A stretch of 63,663 bases of DNA, filler included, from Actinomycetota bacterium (GCA_046725875.1; 8 parts of 8 records of this genome joined end to end with filler, not necessarily neighbours in it), one strand, 5' to 3'; positions 28,598 through 43,678 are shown, counted from the whole stretch's first letter. Numbers and translations are program-made. The notes: generated by a model not told the origin, from the sequence alone.

Positions 28598-29740
28598 TCA
28601 GGGCCTGAGTACGACCTTCCGTACGCCCGGACGTTTGTCGCGAAAGGCTTCGTACCATTGCGGAGCCTCCGCGAGCGGAACTTCATGCGTGACGAGATCA
28701 CCCGCTGAGATCGGGTCACCGGTAGTCAAGAGCTCGAGCAGCTCCGTCGTCCACGCACGGACGTTGGCTTGTCCCCAGCGGAGTGTCACCTGCTTGTCGA
28801 AGAGGTCCCCGATCGGGAAGTTGGGCATCCAGCCGGCGTAGACGCCGATGACGGAGACCGTGCCGCCGCGCCGGACGGAGCCAAGCGCCTGGTGCAGGGC
28901 CAACATCCGGTCGGGCTGAATCTTCAGCCGCTGAAGCCACGTGTCGGCGAATGAACCGTCGGCGTCCATGCCAACGGCGTCGATCACCGAGTCGGCACCG
29001 CGGCCGTCGGTCCGCTCCTTCACAGCGGCGACGACATCGTCGGTCTTGGAGTAGTCAATGACCTCGGCGCCATGCTCGCTCGCCTCGGCCAGGCGGTCGG
29101 GAACCATGTCGATGCCGATCACCCAGTCGGCACCCTCCTGTCCGGCAATCCGGCAGCACATCTGGCCGATCGGGCCCAATCCGAAGACCACCACCTTGCC
29201 GCCAACCGGAATCGCGGCCCGCCGGACGGCCTCCCAAGCGGTCGGCAGCACATCGGCGAGGAGGACCGCGGTCCGGTCCGGGATTTCATCTGGCACGATC
29301 AGCGGACCGAAATGTGCCTGGGGCACTCGCAGGTATTCGGCCTGGGCGCCGGGCACGCCGCCGTAAAGGTGGGTGTAGCCGAACAGCGCCCCGCCCTTGC
29401 GGCCATGCGTGGTCTGGGTCGTCTCGCACTCCGCATACAGATGCCGGGTGCACATGAAGCACGAACCGCACGAGATGTTGAAGGGTACGACGACCCGGTC
29501 TCCGGGCGAGATGTGATTGACCTCGGACCCGACTTCCTCGACCACGCCGAGCGGCTCATGTCCGAGGATGTCCCCTAGTTTCATGGCCATCGTCAAGCCA
29601 TGATCATAGAGGTGCAGATCAGAGCCGCAGATCCCGGTTGCCGTGATCCGGACGATCGCATCGGTCGGCTCTTCGATCTTGGGCTCGACAACGTCTTGCA
29701 CGGAAACACGCTTGGGTCCGCGCCACACGACCGCCTTCAT
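28598..29740 (-). CDS. Zn-dependent alcohol/formaldehyde dehydrogenase family
   Basis: ICGSDLH, GHE, CGSCFMC..C, GLGPIG, DAVG. Confidence 0.93.
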   Translation of the reverse strand: MKAVVWRGPKRVSVQDVVEPKIEEPTDAIVRITATGICGSDLHLYDHGLTMAMKLGDILGHEPLGVVEEVGSEVNHISPGDRVVVPFNISCGSCFMCTRHLYAECETTQTTHGRKGGALFGYTHLYGGVPGAQAEYLRVPQAHFGPLIVPDEIPDRTAVLLADVLPTAWEAVRRAAIPVGGKVVVFGLGPIGQMCCRIAGQEGADWVIGIDMVPDRLAEASEHGAEVIDYSKTDDVVAAVKERTDGRGADSVIDAVGMDADGSFADTWLQRLKIQPDRMLALHQALGSVRRGGTVSVIGVYAGWMPNFPIGDLFDKQVTLRWGQANVRAWTTELLELLTTGDPISAGDLVTHEVPLAEAPQWYEAFRDKRPGVRKVVLRP

Positions 29741-29898
29741 GACAACCCCGCTTCCCGCCTCGGCCGGCTCTATGCGCCTTCCGTAACGCGCTCCTCATCG
29801 GTCCACTTACGGGCGCGGCAGTGGACTATGGGCGGCCTGCAGCGGTCGCGCGGGGATCCGCTCCACCGCGGCGTCGAGTTCCTTCTACTCCCCGGTCA

Positions 29899-30321
29899 TC
29901 AGTCCGGCATGGCCAGTTCGTCGAGGTCGTGGATCCCGACCTTGCGCAGCCGGGTCGCGATCCAGCGGACGCGCTCGATCCGTTCAGTCTTCAGGACCGT
30001 CGACAGGTTGGTGCCGGGCCGCGACGCCCAGCTCGGCCCGAGCTGGTCGGCGAGCCAAAGCTTCGCGTGCCCCCGCGCGCCCTCCTCGATCAGCTCATGG
30101 AAGGTCAGGTCGAGCAGCGAGCGCGGCGCCCGTAGCATGCCGGCCTCGCGGAGGTGGGCGACCGCGCGTTCGCGCAGCACTCGGGCGGTCGCCAACAGCT
30201 CGTCGGCGGTAGCCTGGCCCATCAGCTCCTGCTGCTCGCCCGAGACGTCGCCGAACCCGTAGTCGCGGCGCAAGACCTCGACGATGCGGGCGACGAGCTC
30301 GGGCCGGACCGGGCCGATCAT
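29899..30321 (-). CDS. Hypothetical protein (140 aa)
   Basis: GGGGAG RBS, ATGA overlap with the upstream ORF, helical protein-like composition. Confidence 0.65.
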   Translation of the reverse strand: MIGPVRPELVARIVEVLRRDYGFGDVSGEQQELMGQATADELLATARVLRERAVAHLREAGMLRAPRSLLDLTFHELIEEGARGHAKLWLADQLGPSWASRPGTNLSTVLKTERIERVRWIATRLRKVGIHDLDELAMPD

Positions 30322-30485
30322 GCCGCGTCTCCCCGCTTGGTCGCGGCGGCGACCCGTCGCGGCCGGTCGCATCTGGTACACCAAACCTTGGCACCGACCT
30401 TGGGCGGCACGTTCGGGTACAGCACCTTGTGGCCACATTCCAGCGTCCGCCGGCCGGAGTCTGGCAATGTGCGCTGATTTCCCAC
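30318..30485 (-). CDS. Small putative zinc-ribbon protein (55 aa)
   Basis: GAAGGGA RBS, LECGH..WCTRC, coupled to the next ORF. Confidence 0.55.
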   Translation of the reverse strand: MGNQRTLPDSGRRTLECGHKVLYPNVPPKVGAKVWCTRCDRPRRVAAATKRGDAA

Positions 30486-30529
30486 GTCGCGTCCCTTCCC
30501 ACTCAGGGCAACGACGAACTTGACGACGA

Positions 30530-31217
30530 CGACGCTCACCCCGCGCGGTCCACGTTCGTCGGCCAGTTCATCGACCACGACATCACCTTTGACCAGACGT
30601 CTCAGCTCGGCGTCGGCCAGAACCCGTTGACCTCACCTAACGCCCGGACGCCCGCGCTGGACCTCGACTCGGGTTTCGGCGGCGGGCCGGGCATCCGCCC
30701 GGATCTGTATGTCTCCAACCCCGATGGGACGGTCGGCCCGCAGCTGCGGATCGGTTCCGACGGGGTGCACGAGGATGTGCCCGAGGACCGGCAACGGTGA
30801 CGGCACCTACTCGGCGATCATCGGCGACCCGCGCAACGACGAGAATGTCATGGTCGCGGGCCTGCACTGCGCCCACATCCTGTTCTACAACCGGGTCCTG
30901 AGCGAGCTGGGCAGCATCAATCTGAGCCCTTATCCGGCGGCCCAGGGCGGACCTGTCCAACATCTACGACCTGTTCGGCATCGCCCACCAGATCACGCTC
31001 TGGCATTACCAGTGGCTGCCGGTCAATGAGCACCTGCCGCAGATTGCCGGGCAGGCCATGGTCAGCGACGTGCTCACTAACGGCAACAGGTTCTATAAAC
31101 CGCTGACCGGGAATGCGTTCATGCCGATCGAGTTCGCCGCAACCTACTCCGCGAGCTCACCTGGGGCCTGCCCTCGGCCCAGCAGGTCGCGAAGGCCATG
31201 GGCATCCCGCCTCTCAA
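30530..31217 (+). pseudogene. Animal-type heme peroxidase remnant
   Basis: GQFIDHDITFD, RTPALDLDS, IGDPRNDEN, WHYQW, MPIEFA and LPSAQQVAKAMG spread over several frames; no start, large internal deletion. Confidence 0.85.
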
Positions 31218-31317
31218 NNNNNNNNNNNNNNNNNNNNNNNNNNNNNNNNNNNNNNNNNNNNTTAATTAATTAANNNNNNNNNNNNNNNNNNNNNNNNNNN
31301 NNNNNNNNNNNNNNNNN

Positions 31318-31450
31318 CCTCACCGATCTTGTAGTTGATGCCGGTGTAGAACAGGATCCGCTCGGTCGTCGTGGTTTTGCCCGCGTCGATATGAGCCATG
31401 ATCCCGATGTTGCGGACCTTGGCCAGCTCAAGAGTGGTGTTGTCAGCCAC
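31318..31450 (-). CDS. fusA: Elongation factor G, N-terminus
   Basis: [27 protein letters not shown]; follows rpsG. Confidence 0.97.
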
Positions 31451-31568
31451 GACGGCTCTTCCTGTTGCTCTCTTTGTCTCTATGTCTCGATGTCTCGATG
31501 TCTCGGCGTCTTCTGTCTGCCTCGGTTGGTCTTGTTTACTTATTCGGACCTCCGCCACCGGGGTGGGT

Positions 31569-32039
31569 CTACCACCGGTAGTGGGCGAAGGCCTTGTTGG
31601 ACTCGGCCATCTTGTGGGTGTCCTCGCGCCGCTTGACGCTGGCTCCGAGACCGTTACTCGCGTCGAGCAGCTCGTTCATGAGTCGTTCGGTCATCGTCTT
31701 CTCGCGGCGCTGCGTGGAGTAGTTCACCAGCCAGCGCAGGCCGAGCGTGGTTGCCCGCGGTGCCCGCACCTCCACCGGCACCTGGTAGGTCGCGCCGCCG
31801 ACTCGCCGGCTGCGGACCTCGAGGGTCGGCTTTACGTTGTCCAGCGCGCGCTTGAGCGTGATGACCGGGTCGGTGCCGGTCTTCTCCCGGCATCCCTCGA
31901 GCGCGCCGTAGACGATGTGCTCGGCAACTGAGCGCTTTCCCGAGTGCAGCACCTTGTTCACGAGCTGGGTGACCAGCGGCGAACCATAGACGGGGTCCAC
32001 GTGGACCGGCCGACGCGGAGCTGGGCCCTTGCGAGGCAT
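31569..32039 (-). CDS. rpsG: 30S ribosomal protein S7
   Basis: [27 protein letters not shown]. Confidence 0.99.
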   Translation of the reverse strand: MPRKGPAPRRPVHVDPVYGSPLVTQLVNKVLHSGKRSVAEHIVYGALEGCREKTGTDPVITLKRALDNVKPTLEVRSRRVGGATYQVPVEVRAPRATTLGLRWLVNYSTQRREKTMTERLMNELLDASNGLGASVKRREDTHKMAESNKAFAHYRW

Positions 32040-32413
32040 TAGCTCTTCTCCTTCTTCGCGCCGTAGCGGCTGCGCGCCTGCTTACGGTTCTTTACGCCCT
32101 GCGTGTCCAGCGTGCCACGGATGATCTTGTACCGGACGCCGGGTAGATCCTTCACCCGACCCCCGCGCACCAGCACGATGGAGTGCTCCTGCAGGTTGTG
32201 ACCGATGCCCGGGATGTAGGCCGTGACCTCGATCTGGCTGCTAAGTCGGACCCGAGCCACCTTGCGGAGCGCGGAGTTCGGCTTCTTTGGGGTCGTCGTG
32301 TAGACGCGCATGCAGACGCCCCGGCGCTGTGGGCTTCCCTTCAGCGCGGGTGTCTTGGTCTTGGCGACCTTGTCCTTGCGACCCTTGCGGACCAGCTGCT
32401 GGATCGTGGGCAC
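32039..32413 (-). CDS. rpsL: 30S ribosomal protein S12
   Basis: [34 protein letters not shown]. Confidence 0.99.
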   Translation of the reverse strand: MPTIQQLVRKGRKDKVAKTKTPALKGSPQRRGVCMRVYTTTPKKPNSALRKVARVRLSSQIEVTAYIPGIGHNLQEHSIVLVRGGRVKDLPGVRYKIIRGTLDTQGVKNRKQARSRYGAKKEKS

Positions 32414-32750
32414 CGCGTCTCCGTCTTCGTAAGTCGTCGGGTTGGCTTCCACCGCAGTGGCTGCGCATGCCCGCCGTGCTGCGGCGACCGCGGTCCCGTT
32501 TGCACCCGGATGGACCACATTTCTTTCGCTATGATCCGCTTGCCGTATGCCGAGAAGCCGCGGTTTGCGCCTGTTTCGCCCCAGTCATCCGGCCCACGCG
32601 GTCGGGCGTGTCGCCGGATCGGGCCGTACCTCAGGCCCTCAAAATTCGGGAGGGTTGAGGCTCGATCCGTCACGGTGGCATCGCGCTTGCTGCACACAGC
32701 TGGCTGTGACGCGCACTCGAACGCCTGGGGCCGCCCAGGCACGAGGTTAG

Positions 32751-32779
32751 AGAGTACCCGCTGACCCTCCCGAGGTCAA
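32751..32779 (-). promoter_or_regulatory. Housekeeping-sigma promoter for the rpsL operon
   Basis: TTGACC-N17-TACTCT. Confidence 0.75.
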
Positions 32780-32986
32780 AATCGCCAACTCCCGATCGCA
32801 TAAGGGTGCCGTCCCTCGCTAGGTCCAGGTGAGGGCTCCTTCTCGTGCTGCCAAATCGAGGGGGCCCGCAGTCGGGTGCCGCGCCAGCCCGGGGATCCTC
32901 CTCGCCGCCGACCACACCGATCTTTGCAGGCGGCTCGACCTCGCTATCCGCGAGACAAAGGCCGAACGCGCTGTAGCGTGCCGGAT

Positions 32987-33301
32987 ATGACGTACGCCTT
33001 GATCAACAAGCTCGCGGCAAAGCCGGGCCAGCGCGATCGGGTCATCGAGATCTTGCTGGAGTCGATGAAGCTGTTCGGCGACAACCCGGCATGCCTTTAC
33101 TCGATCGTCCACGAGGCGATCGCTGATCCGAACGAGCTCTGGGTTGCCGACCTCTGGACGAGCAAGGAGGAACACGAGGCGGCGCTGCAGGTCCCCGAGC
33201 TACGGCCGTTCGTGGAGGCGGCGATCCCGCTCCTCGAGGGCATGCCGCAACAGACCGAACTCCGCCCGGTCGGCGGCAAGGGCCTCCCACCTGGTTCCTA
33301 G
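32987..33301 (+). CDS. Antibiotic biosynthesis monooxygenase (ABM) family protein
   Basis: AKPGQRDRV..LWVADLWTSKEEHEAAL; TAGCGT 7 nt before the ATG suggests a leaderless mRNA. Confidence 0.85.
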   Translation: MTYALINKLAAKPGQRDRVIEILLESMKLFGDNPACLYSIVHEAIADPNELWVADLWTSKEEHEAALQVPELRPFVEAAIPLLEGMPQQTELRPVGGKGLPPGS

Positions 33302-33322
33302 CGTCAGCTACCTCCGGCAGCT

Positions 33323-33356
33323 ACCGTGGGCCGCCCCCTTGGGGGCGGCCCACGGT
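33323..33356. terminator. Hairpin between convergent ABM and rpoC
   Basis: Perfect 16-bp IR ACCGTGGGCCGCCCCC / GGGGGCGGCCCACGGT. Confidence 0.8.
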
Positions 33357-33429
33357 CACTAGCTCAGCCACAAGGGCTGGGTCCCCGCGAAGTTTTGGAG
33401 CGAAGCGGTCAAAACCTCGTCAGGTGCCC

Positions 33430-36400
33430 TTAGCGGTAACCGCCCAGGTCGTATTCCTCGAGCGGAACCGCCTGGCCAGAACCCCCACCGAAGGTCGGGT
33501 AGGCGGTGTACTCCGTGTCGTACGGCGTCATCGTGTACATGGCCGCCTTCGCCTCCTCGGTCGGCTCCACCCGGATGTTCCGGTAGCGCGGCAGGCCGGT
33601 GCCGGCCGGGATGAGCTTTCCGATGATGACGTTCTCCTTCAGGCCGACCAGCGGGTCGGACTTGCCGTGCATGGCGGCCTCGGTCAGCACCCTGGTGGTC
33701 TCCTGGAAGGAGGCGGCCGACAGCCACGACTCGGTGGCCAGCGACGCCTTCGTGATGCCCATGAGCACCGGGCGTCCCGAGGCCGGCTGCCCGCCATCGG
33801 CGACCACCCGGCGGTTTTCCTCCTCGAAGCGGGCACGCTCGACGAGCTCGCCGGGCAGCAGCTCCGCGTCGCCCGACTCGATGACGGTCACCCGGCGTAG
33901 CATCTGCCGGATGATGATCTCGATGTGCTTGTCGTGGATTGACACGCCCTGCGAGCGGTAGACCTGCTGCACCTCGTCGACGAGGTGCTGCTGCACCGCG
34001 CGCTGGCCGAGCACCCGGAGCACGTCGTGCGGGTTGACCGCACCGGCGATCAGCTGCGCACCAACGTTGATGTGGTCTCCGTCGTGGACAAGCAGCCTGG
34101 CTCGCTTGGAGACCGGGTAGGAGACCTCGTCCGACCCGTCGTCCGGGGTGACCATGGCGCGCCGCGTCTTCTCCGTGTCCTCGATCCGGACCCGGCCGGT
34201 GACCTCCGAGATCGGGGCGACACCCTTGGGCTGGCGGGCTTCGAAGAGCTCGACGACCCGGGGCAGGCCGTGGGTGATGTCCTCACCTGCGACACCGCCG
34301 GTGTGGAAGGTCCGCATCGTCAGCTGCGTGCCCGGCTCACCGATGGACTGGGCGGCGATGATGCCGACGGCCTCGCCGACGTCGACGAGCTTGCCGGTGG
34401 CGAGGGAACGGCCGTAGCACGCTGCGCACGTACCGACCTTGCTCTCACAGGTGAGCACGGACCTGACCCGTACCTCCTCAATGCCCTTCTCGATGAGCCG
34501 GTCGAGGAGGATGTTGGTCATGTCGGCACCGCCGATGGCCACGGTCTCGCCCTCGACGACGATGTCCTCGGCGAGGTTACGGGCGACCACTCCGGTGTCG
34601 ACGTTCTCGTCCTTGCGCAGCTGGCCGCCGGCGGTACGAACCACGATAGGGAGCCGGACCGCGCGGTCGGTGCCACAGTCCTCTTCGCGGATGATGACGT
34701 CCTGCGAGACGTCGACCAACCGCCGGGTGAGGTAGCCGGAGTCGGCAGTACGCAGGGCGGTGTCGGCCAGGCCCTTCCGCGCGCCATGGGTCGAGATGAA
34801 GTACTCGACCACGGACAGGCCCTCGCGGAAGTTCGACTTGATCGGCCGCGGGATGATCTCGCCCTTCGGGTTGGCGACCAAACCACGCATACCGGCAAGC
34901 TGCTTGACCTGCATCATGTTGCCGCGGGCGCCCGAGTTGACCATCGCGAAGACCGAGTTGGTCTTCGGGAAGTTCTCCTCCATCTTCTTGGAGACTTCAT
35001 TGGTCGCGTGGGTCCAAATCTGGATGAGCTCCTGCCGGCGCTCCTCGTCGGTGATCAAACCCTTCTCATACTGCGCCTGGACCCGGTCGGCCTTGGCCTC
35101 ATACGACTCCAGGATCTGCGCCTTCTCCGCCGGCTGGATGACGTCGCCGATGGCCATCGTGACGCCGGACCTGGTCGCCCAGTGGAATCCGACCTCCTTC
35201 AGGCCGTCGAGGGTGACCGCAACTTGGACCTTCGGGTAACGCTCGGCCAGGTCGTTGACGATCGCGGACAGCCGCTTCTTGTCGACCTCGACGTTCACGT
35301 ACGGGTAGTCCGCCGGGAGCACCTCGTTGAAGAGGGCACGGCCAAGCGTGGTCTTGAGGGTGAAGGACCGGCCCCGCTCCCGGTCCTCCGGCGCCGTCCA
35401 AGAGCGAGGCGGCACCACGTCCGTGAAGCGGACCAGGATCTCAGACTGCAGATCGATCTCACCCGCGTCCAACGCCATGAGCGCCTCACTCACCGAGGCG
35501 TAGGCGTGGCCGTTGCCGTCCTTCCGGTCCTCGCGCGAGCTGGTGAGGAAGTAGATGCCGATGACCATGTCCTGGGTCGGCATCGTCACCGGACGCCCGT
35601 CAGCCGGCTTCAGGATGTTGTTCGACGACAGCATCAGGATCCGGGCCTCGGCCTGCGCCTCGGCGGACAGCGGCAGGTGGACCGCCATCTGGTCGCCGTC
35701 GAAGTCCGCGTTGAACGCGGTGCAGACCAGCGGGTGGATCTGGATTGCCTTGCCCTCGATCAGCTGTGGCTCGAAGGCCTGGATGCCGAGCCGGTGCAGC
35801 GTCGGCGCCCGGTTGAGCAGGACCGGGTGCTCGGCGATGACCTCCTCGAGCACGTCCCAGACCACCGGCCGGGCCCGCTCGACCATGCGCTTGGCCGACT
35901 TGATGTTCTGCGCGTGGTTCAGGTCGACCAGCCGCTTCATCACGAACGGCTTGAACAGCTCGAGCGCCATCGCCTTGGGCAGGCCGCACTGGTGCAGCTT
36001 GAGCTGCGGGCCCACGACGATCACCGAGCGGCCCGAGTAGTCCACCCGCTTGCCGAGCAGATTCTGCCGGAATCGGCCCTGCTTGCCCTTGAGCATGTCG
36101 GAGATCGACTTGAGCGGGCGGTTGCCCGGTCCGGTGACCGGGCGGCCGCGGCGCCCGTTGTCGAACAACGCGTCGACGGCCTCCTGGAGCATCCGCTTCT
36201 CGTTGTTGACGATGATCTCCGGCGCGCCCAGGTCGAGCAGCCGCTTCAACCGGTTGTTCCGGTTGATGACCCGGCGATAGAGGTCGTTCAGGTCCGAGGT
36301 GGCGAACCGGCCACCGTCGAGCTGAACCATCGGCCGAAGGTCCGGCGGGATCACCGGCACGCAGTCGAGGACCATGCCCAGCGGCGAGTTGCGAGTGGTG

Positions 36401-37308
36401 AGGAAGGCCGAGACGACCTTGAGCCGCTTGAGCGCGCGGGTCTTCTTCTGGCCCCTACCGGTCCGGATGACCTCGCGCAGCCGCTCGGCCTCCCCCTCGA
36501 GGTCGAAGGACTCCAGCCGCGACTTGATCGCGGCGGCGCCCATGCCGCCCTCGAAATACTGGCCGAAGCGGTCCCGCATCTCGCGGTAGAGCATCTCGTC
36601 GCCCTCGAGGTCTTGGACCTTGAGGTTCTTGAACCGGCTCCACACCTCATCGAGGCGGTCGAGCTCCCGCTGAGCGCGGTCACGTATCTGCTTCATCTCG
36701 CGCTCGCCGCCCTCGCGGACCTTGCGGCGTACATCGCTCTTGGCGCCCTCGGCCTCGAGCTCGGCCAGGTCGGCCTCGAGCTTCTTCTGCCGGGCCTCGA
36801 CATCGACGTCGCGGCGCTGCTCGATCCGCTGGCGCTGGACCTGGATCTGTGCCTCCAGGGTGGGCAGGTCGCGGTGGCGCGCCTCCTCGTCCACCCAGGT
36901 GATCATGTACGCGGCGAAGTAGATGACCTTCTCCAGGTCCTTCGGAGCGAGGTCGAGCAGGTAGCCGAGGCGTGACGGAACACCCTTGAAGTACCAGATG
37001 TGTGTCACGGGTGCGGCGAGCTCGATGTGACCCATCCGCTCCCGCCGCACCTTGGCCCGGGTGACCTCGACCCCGCAGCGCTCGCAGATGATGCCCTTGA
37101 ACCGGACCCGCTTGTACTTGCCGCAGTAGCACTCCCAGTCGCGGGTCGGACCGAAGATCTTCTCGCAGAAGAGCCCGTCCTTCTCCGGCTTAAGGGTGCG
37201 GTAGTTGATCGTTTCTGGCTTCTTTACCTCGCCGTGCGACCACTGACGAATGTCGTCGGCGGTCGCCAGGCCGATTCGTAGCTCGTCGAAGAAGTTGACG
37301 TCGAGCAC
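33430..37308 (-). CDS. rpoC: RNA polymerase beta' subunit
   Basis: [20 protein letters not shown], 1292 aa. Confidence 0.99.
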   Translation of the reverse strand: MLDVNFFDELRIGLATADDIRQWSHGEVKKPETINYRTLKPEKDGLFCEKIFGPTRDWECYCGKYKRVRFKGIICERCGVEVTRAKVRRERMGHIELAAPVTHIWYFKGVPSRLGYLLDLAPKDLEKVIYFAAYMITWVDEEARHRDLPTLEAQIQVQRQRIEQRRDVDVEARQKKLEADLAELEAEGAKSDVRRKVREGGEREMKQIRDRAQRELDRLDEVWSRFKNLKVQDLEGDEMLYREMRDRFGQYFEGGMGAAAIKSRLESFDLEGEAERLREVIRTGRGQKKTRALKRLKVVSAFLTTRNSPLGMVLDCVPVIPPDLRPMVQLDGGRFATSDLNDLYRRVINRNNRLKRLLDLGAPEIIVNNEKRMLQEAVDALFDNGRRGRPVTGPGNRPLKSISDMLKGKQGRFRQNLLGKRVDYSGRSVIVVGPQLKLHQCGLPKAMALELFKPFVMKRLVDLNHAQNIKSAKRMVERARPVVWDVLEEVIAEHPVLLNRAPTLHRLGIQAFEPQLIEGKAIQIHPLVCTAFNADFDGDQMAVHLPLSAEAQAEARILMLSSNNILKPADGRPVTMPTQDMVIGIYFLTSSREDRKDGNGHAYASVSEALMALDAGEIDLQSEILVRFTDVVPPRSWTAPEDRERGRSFTLKTTLGRALFNEVLPADYPYVNVEVDKKRLSAIVNDLAERYPKVQVAVTLDGLKEVGFHWATRSGVTMAIGDVIQPAEKAQILESYEAKADRVQAQYEKGLITDEERRQELIQIWTHATNEVSKKMEENFPKTNSVFAMVNSGARGNMMQVKQLAGMRGLVANPKGEIIPRPIKSNFREGLSVVEYFISTHGARKGLADTALRTADSGYLTRRLVDVSQDVIIREEDCGTDRAVRLPIVVRTAGGQLRKDENVDTGVVARNLAEDIVVEGETVAIGGADMTNILLDRLIEKGIEEVRVRSVLTCESKVGTCAACYGRSLATGKLVDVGEAVGIIAAQSIGEPGTQLTMRTFHTGGVAGEDITHGLPRVVELFEARQPKGVAPISEVTGRVRIEDTEKTRRAMVTPDDGSDEVSYPVSKRARLLVHDGDHINVGAQLIAGAVNPHDVLRVLGQRAVQQHLVDEVQQVYRSQGVSIHDKHIEIIIRQMLRRVTVIESGDAELLPGELVERARFEEENRRVVADGGQPASGRPVLMGITKASLATESWLSAASFQETTRVLTEAAMHGKSDPLVGLKENVIIGKLIPAGTGLPRYRNIRVEPTEEAKAAMYTMTPYDTEYTAYPTFGGGSGQAVPLEEYDLGGYR

Positions 37309-37351
37309 TTAATTCCTCTTCTCAGATTCTTTGTCTCACCAAGGCCGCTGA

Positions 37352-40813
<3,462 letters not shown>

Positions 40814-40901
40814 AAGAGGTCCTTCCGAGAGCTCGCGGACTCACTGCGCGCATGCCACAGCGCCCCGTGTCAAGGGATAGATGTGGGCAGCGCAAATTAG
40901 C

Positions 40902-40930
40902 AGTGTAGCCCGTAGGCCCACCGCTGTCCA
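40902..40930 (-). promoter_or_regulatory. rpoBC promoter
   Basis: TGGACA-N17-TACACT. Confidence 0.75.
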
Positions 40931-41230
40931 GCGGGGTCTCCAACGTCTGGCGAGATCCCGAGCCTCACGCATTCGCACAGCGTGTGGGCAGCATGTCTCG
41001 CTAGAACGCCCCACGTCAAGGCCTACCCGCCAGGAACTTGGCCGAGCAGGACTCCCGCAGAGTGGATCAGATCGACAGAAGAAGAAGAAGTGGATCTCGC
41101 TGGCGTGGTGGCTGCTTGCCATTTGCCAGCTTTAACAGAGCCTTCTTCCTTTTTGTTCCCGGACCCGTCGGCGGGCGAGGGAGGCGGCCAACCCGCACGG
41201 TTGGCCGCCTCTGCGGGTGCGGTGTCGGCC

Positions 41231-41626
41231 TTACCTGAGGGTCACGGTGGCGCCGGCGCCCTCGAGCGCCGCCTTGGCCTTGTCCGCCGCCTCCCTGTTG
41301 ACCTTCTCCAGGACCGGCTTCGGGGTGCTCTCCACCAGGTCCTTGGCCTCTTTGAGGCCGAGGCTGGTGAGAGTACGGACTTCCTTGATGACCTGGATCT
41401 TCTTGTCACCCGCGGCCTCGAGGACGACGTCGAACTCGTCCTGCTCCTCCTCGGGCTCAGCCGCGACCGGCGCACCCGGCGCGGCCGCGCCCGGAGCAGC
41501 GACCGCGACCGGAGCGGCAGCGGTCACGCCGAAGGTGTCCTCGAACTGCTTGACGAACTCAGAGAGCTCAATCAGCGACATCTCCTTGAACGCGTCAAGA
41601 AGGTCGTCGGTGCTCAGCTTCGCCAT
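41231..41626 (-). CDS. rplL: 50S ribosomal protein L7/L12
   Basis: [27 protein letters not shown]. Confidence 0.99.
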   Translation of the reverse strand: MAKLSTDDLLDAFKEMSLIELSEFVKQFEDTFGVTAAAPVAVAAPGAAAPGAPVAAEPEEEQDEFDVVLEAAGDKKIQVIKEVRTLTSLGLKEAKDLVESTPKPVLEKVNREAADKAKAALEGAGATVTLR

Positions 41627-41700
41627 GATTGGCGGTTCCTTCCTAGCTTGCCGGCGCCCTGCCGCCGGACGTCTGTCTTGATCGTTGTGGTGCTGGCTCG

Positions 41701-42228
41701 TCAGGCTTCGGCCTGCTCGGCTTTCTGCTGGCGCAACGCCTCGATCAGGCGAGCCATCTGTGCGAGGGGCGCGGCGAGCAACGACGCCGCCTGCTGCGGC
41801 CCGGCTTTCAGCACGCCCGCGAGCCTTGCGAGGAGCACCTCGCGCGACTCGAGATCGGCCAGCCTCCTGATCTCGTCGGCGCTCAACGGTTTGCCGTCGA
41901 GCACCCCACCTTTGATGACGAGAAATGGGTGTGTCCGGGCAAAGTCACGAAGTCCCTTGGCCGCCTCCACCGGGTCGCCCTTGACGAACGCGATCGCGGA
42001 CGGCCCGACGAGCAGCTCTGCCAGTTGCTCGACGCCGGCCTCCTGCGCCGCGATCTTGGTCAGCGTGTTCTTCACCACGGCATACTTCGCGGAGTCACCG
42101 AGCGCGCGCCGGAGCTCCTTGAGCTCGGCGACGCTGAGGCCGCGATATTCCGTCAGCACGGCTGCGTTCGAGCTGCGGAGTTCTTCCGCAAGCTCGCCGA
42201 CCGCGGCCGTCTTGTCAGGCCTCGCCAT
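41701..42228 (-). CDS. rplJ: 50S ribosomal protein L10
   Basis: [36 protein letters not shown]. Confidence 0.98.
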   Translation of the reverse strand: MARPDKTAAVGELAEELRSSNAAVLTEYRGLSVAELKELRRALGDSAKYAVVKNTLTKIAAQEAGVEQLAELLVGPSAIAFVKGDPVEAAKGLRDFARTHPFLVIKGGVLDGKPLSADEIRRLADLESREVLLARLAGVLKAGPQQAASLLAAPLAQMARLIEALRQQKAEQAEA

Positions 42229-42297
42229 GGGCCTCCCTTTCCGTGGGTACGTACACCCGCTTTGAGACCGTTCGCCGGCGGTCGGATGCCCCCGTAC

Positions 42298-42495
42298 AAA
42301 CGGAAAACGCCCCGGCGCAGGCACGGGGCGAAAGCCGGCCACATCGGGCCGCCACGATCGGGTCGCGTTCGCCGATGGTCTGGACGAGCCAGGATCCTTG
42401 CTACGCGATCATCGTGCTTCGTCACGCCTGCGCTGGCCGCCCGTTTGTAACGGGACCTTCGGTCGCCCGTGCGAGGCGACAACCGGCGGTCTCTG
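42298..42495 (-). promoter_or_regulatory. L10 leader (autoregulatory RNA)
   Basis: AGACCGCCGG..ACCGAAGG..GCGCAGGC..CCTGCGC followed by a U-rich tract upstream of rplJ. Boundaries approximate. Confidence 0.65.
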
Positions 42496-42558
42496 GCAGG
42501 TACTAACCGTACGTGACCGCCCGTCGCCGCAGCAAATCTCGGCCTGCGGTGCTGGTGA

Positions 42559-42652
42559 CCGGATTGATCCGCCAAGCGCAGGAAACCTGACCGATGCGCC
42601 TCTCACGCGAGACGCCAAGCCCTGGTTTTCAGCGCTTGGCGGATCAATCCGG
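42559..42652. repeat. 94-bp element with perfect 21-bp terminal inverted repeats
   Basis: CCGGATTGATCCGCCAAGCGC (42559-42579) / GCGCTTGGCGGATCAATCCGG (42632-42652). Confidence 0.9.
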
Positions 42653-42727
42653 AAGTCGGCGGCCCTGACCCGCAGCCCAGCGACTGGTGGCCTGCCCCCG
42701 GACACCCAAGAGCGGTTGGTGCGAGTC

Positions 42728-43561
42728 CTAACTGGTGGTGCTGCCGGGGAAGTTGGCAACCTGATCGGCCGGCGGCGTCGCAAGGTCTACGGGCTTATTG
42801 ATGTCGGCAATGTTCATCGTCACGGTCACGTCGCCGGCGGACGAGGGCGCGAGGGCGACCAACTTGCGCGGCTGGAACTTATCATCGACCCACACGGTGT
42901 AGTTGATCTTCTCGATGCCGAGCTCGTCGTACGACTTCTTCAGCGCCTCGCGCTGGCTCGGCTCCAAGCCAGCCAGGTTGGCCACATCGGTCGCGTCGAG
43001 CTCGGCCACGTACTTGGTGGTCTGGACGCCGTCGATCTCCTCGGCGCCCGCGGCGGTGACATCGCTGGAGCTGACGAACGCCTTCATCTGAGTGGCGGGG
43101 TCGATCTGCGCGAACTGGTTGAGCAGGTCTCCGAGACCCATCTCCTCGCCGCCGAGCGTGACCCAATACTTGCCGCCGAGCGCCGACGACAGCTCGCCCA
43201 GATGCAGGTAGAAGGCGTTGTCTACGAACAGGACCTCAGCGCCGCTGAGTGACTGGCCGGCTGCCTCGAGGTTCTGCAGCTTGAGATGCATGGCGAGCGA
43301 CGGCTCACGCTGGTATTCGCCGGTGCCCTTCATCTTGATCGCCGCGTCACCGGTGCCCGTCATGTCCAGCGTGAACGTCCACGACTTCATCGCGTCGAGC
43401 TGCTGGCTGACCTTGGCCATCGCCGCTTCGGCGGTAATGGTCTGCGGCCCCCCCGCGGTTGTGTCGCCGCTGTCGTCATCGCCGCTGCACGCCGTGACCA
43501 CGAGGGCAAGGGCCGCCAGACCGGCGACGGCGGCCGGGCGGAGTGAACGCAGGATGCGCAC
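42728..43561 (-). CDS. LppX/LprAFG-like lipoprotein
   Basis: Lipobox LVVTA-C; EEIDGVQTTKY, VWVDD, DINKPV..PPADQV. Confidence 0.8.
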   Translation of the reverse strand: MRILRSLRPAAVAGLAALALVVTACSGDDDSGDTTAGGPQTITAEAAMAKVSQQLDAMKSWTFTLDMTGTGDAAIKMKGTGEYQREPSLAMHLKLQNLEAAGQSLSGAEVLFVDNAFYLHLGELSSALGGKYWVTLGGEEMGLGDLLNQFAQIDPATQMKAFVSSSDVTAAGAEEIDGVQTTKYVAELDATDVANLAGLEPSQREALKKSYDELGIEKINYTVWVDDKFQPRKLVALAPSSAGDVTVTMNIADINKPVDLATPPADQVANFPGSTTS

Positions 43562-43678
43562 GAGCTTCCCCAATCGCTTCCGGTATTCGCTCGATCTTAC
43601 GTATGTACAGATGTGCGAGTAGGCCAGATCGTTCCTACCCGCACATCTGTTATCGCACCGTGGTGTTGCCGTCCCCGA

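Noticed and set aside
33985..36975. 996-aa + strand ORF (and 39521-40900, 40982-42265)
   Set aside because: Antisense shadows of rpoC, rpoB and rplJL caused by high-GC codon bias.
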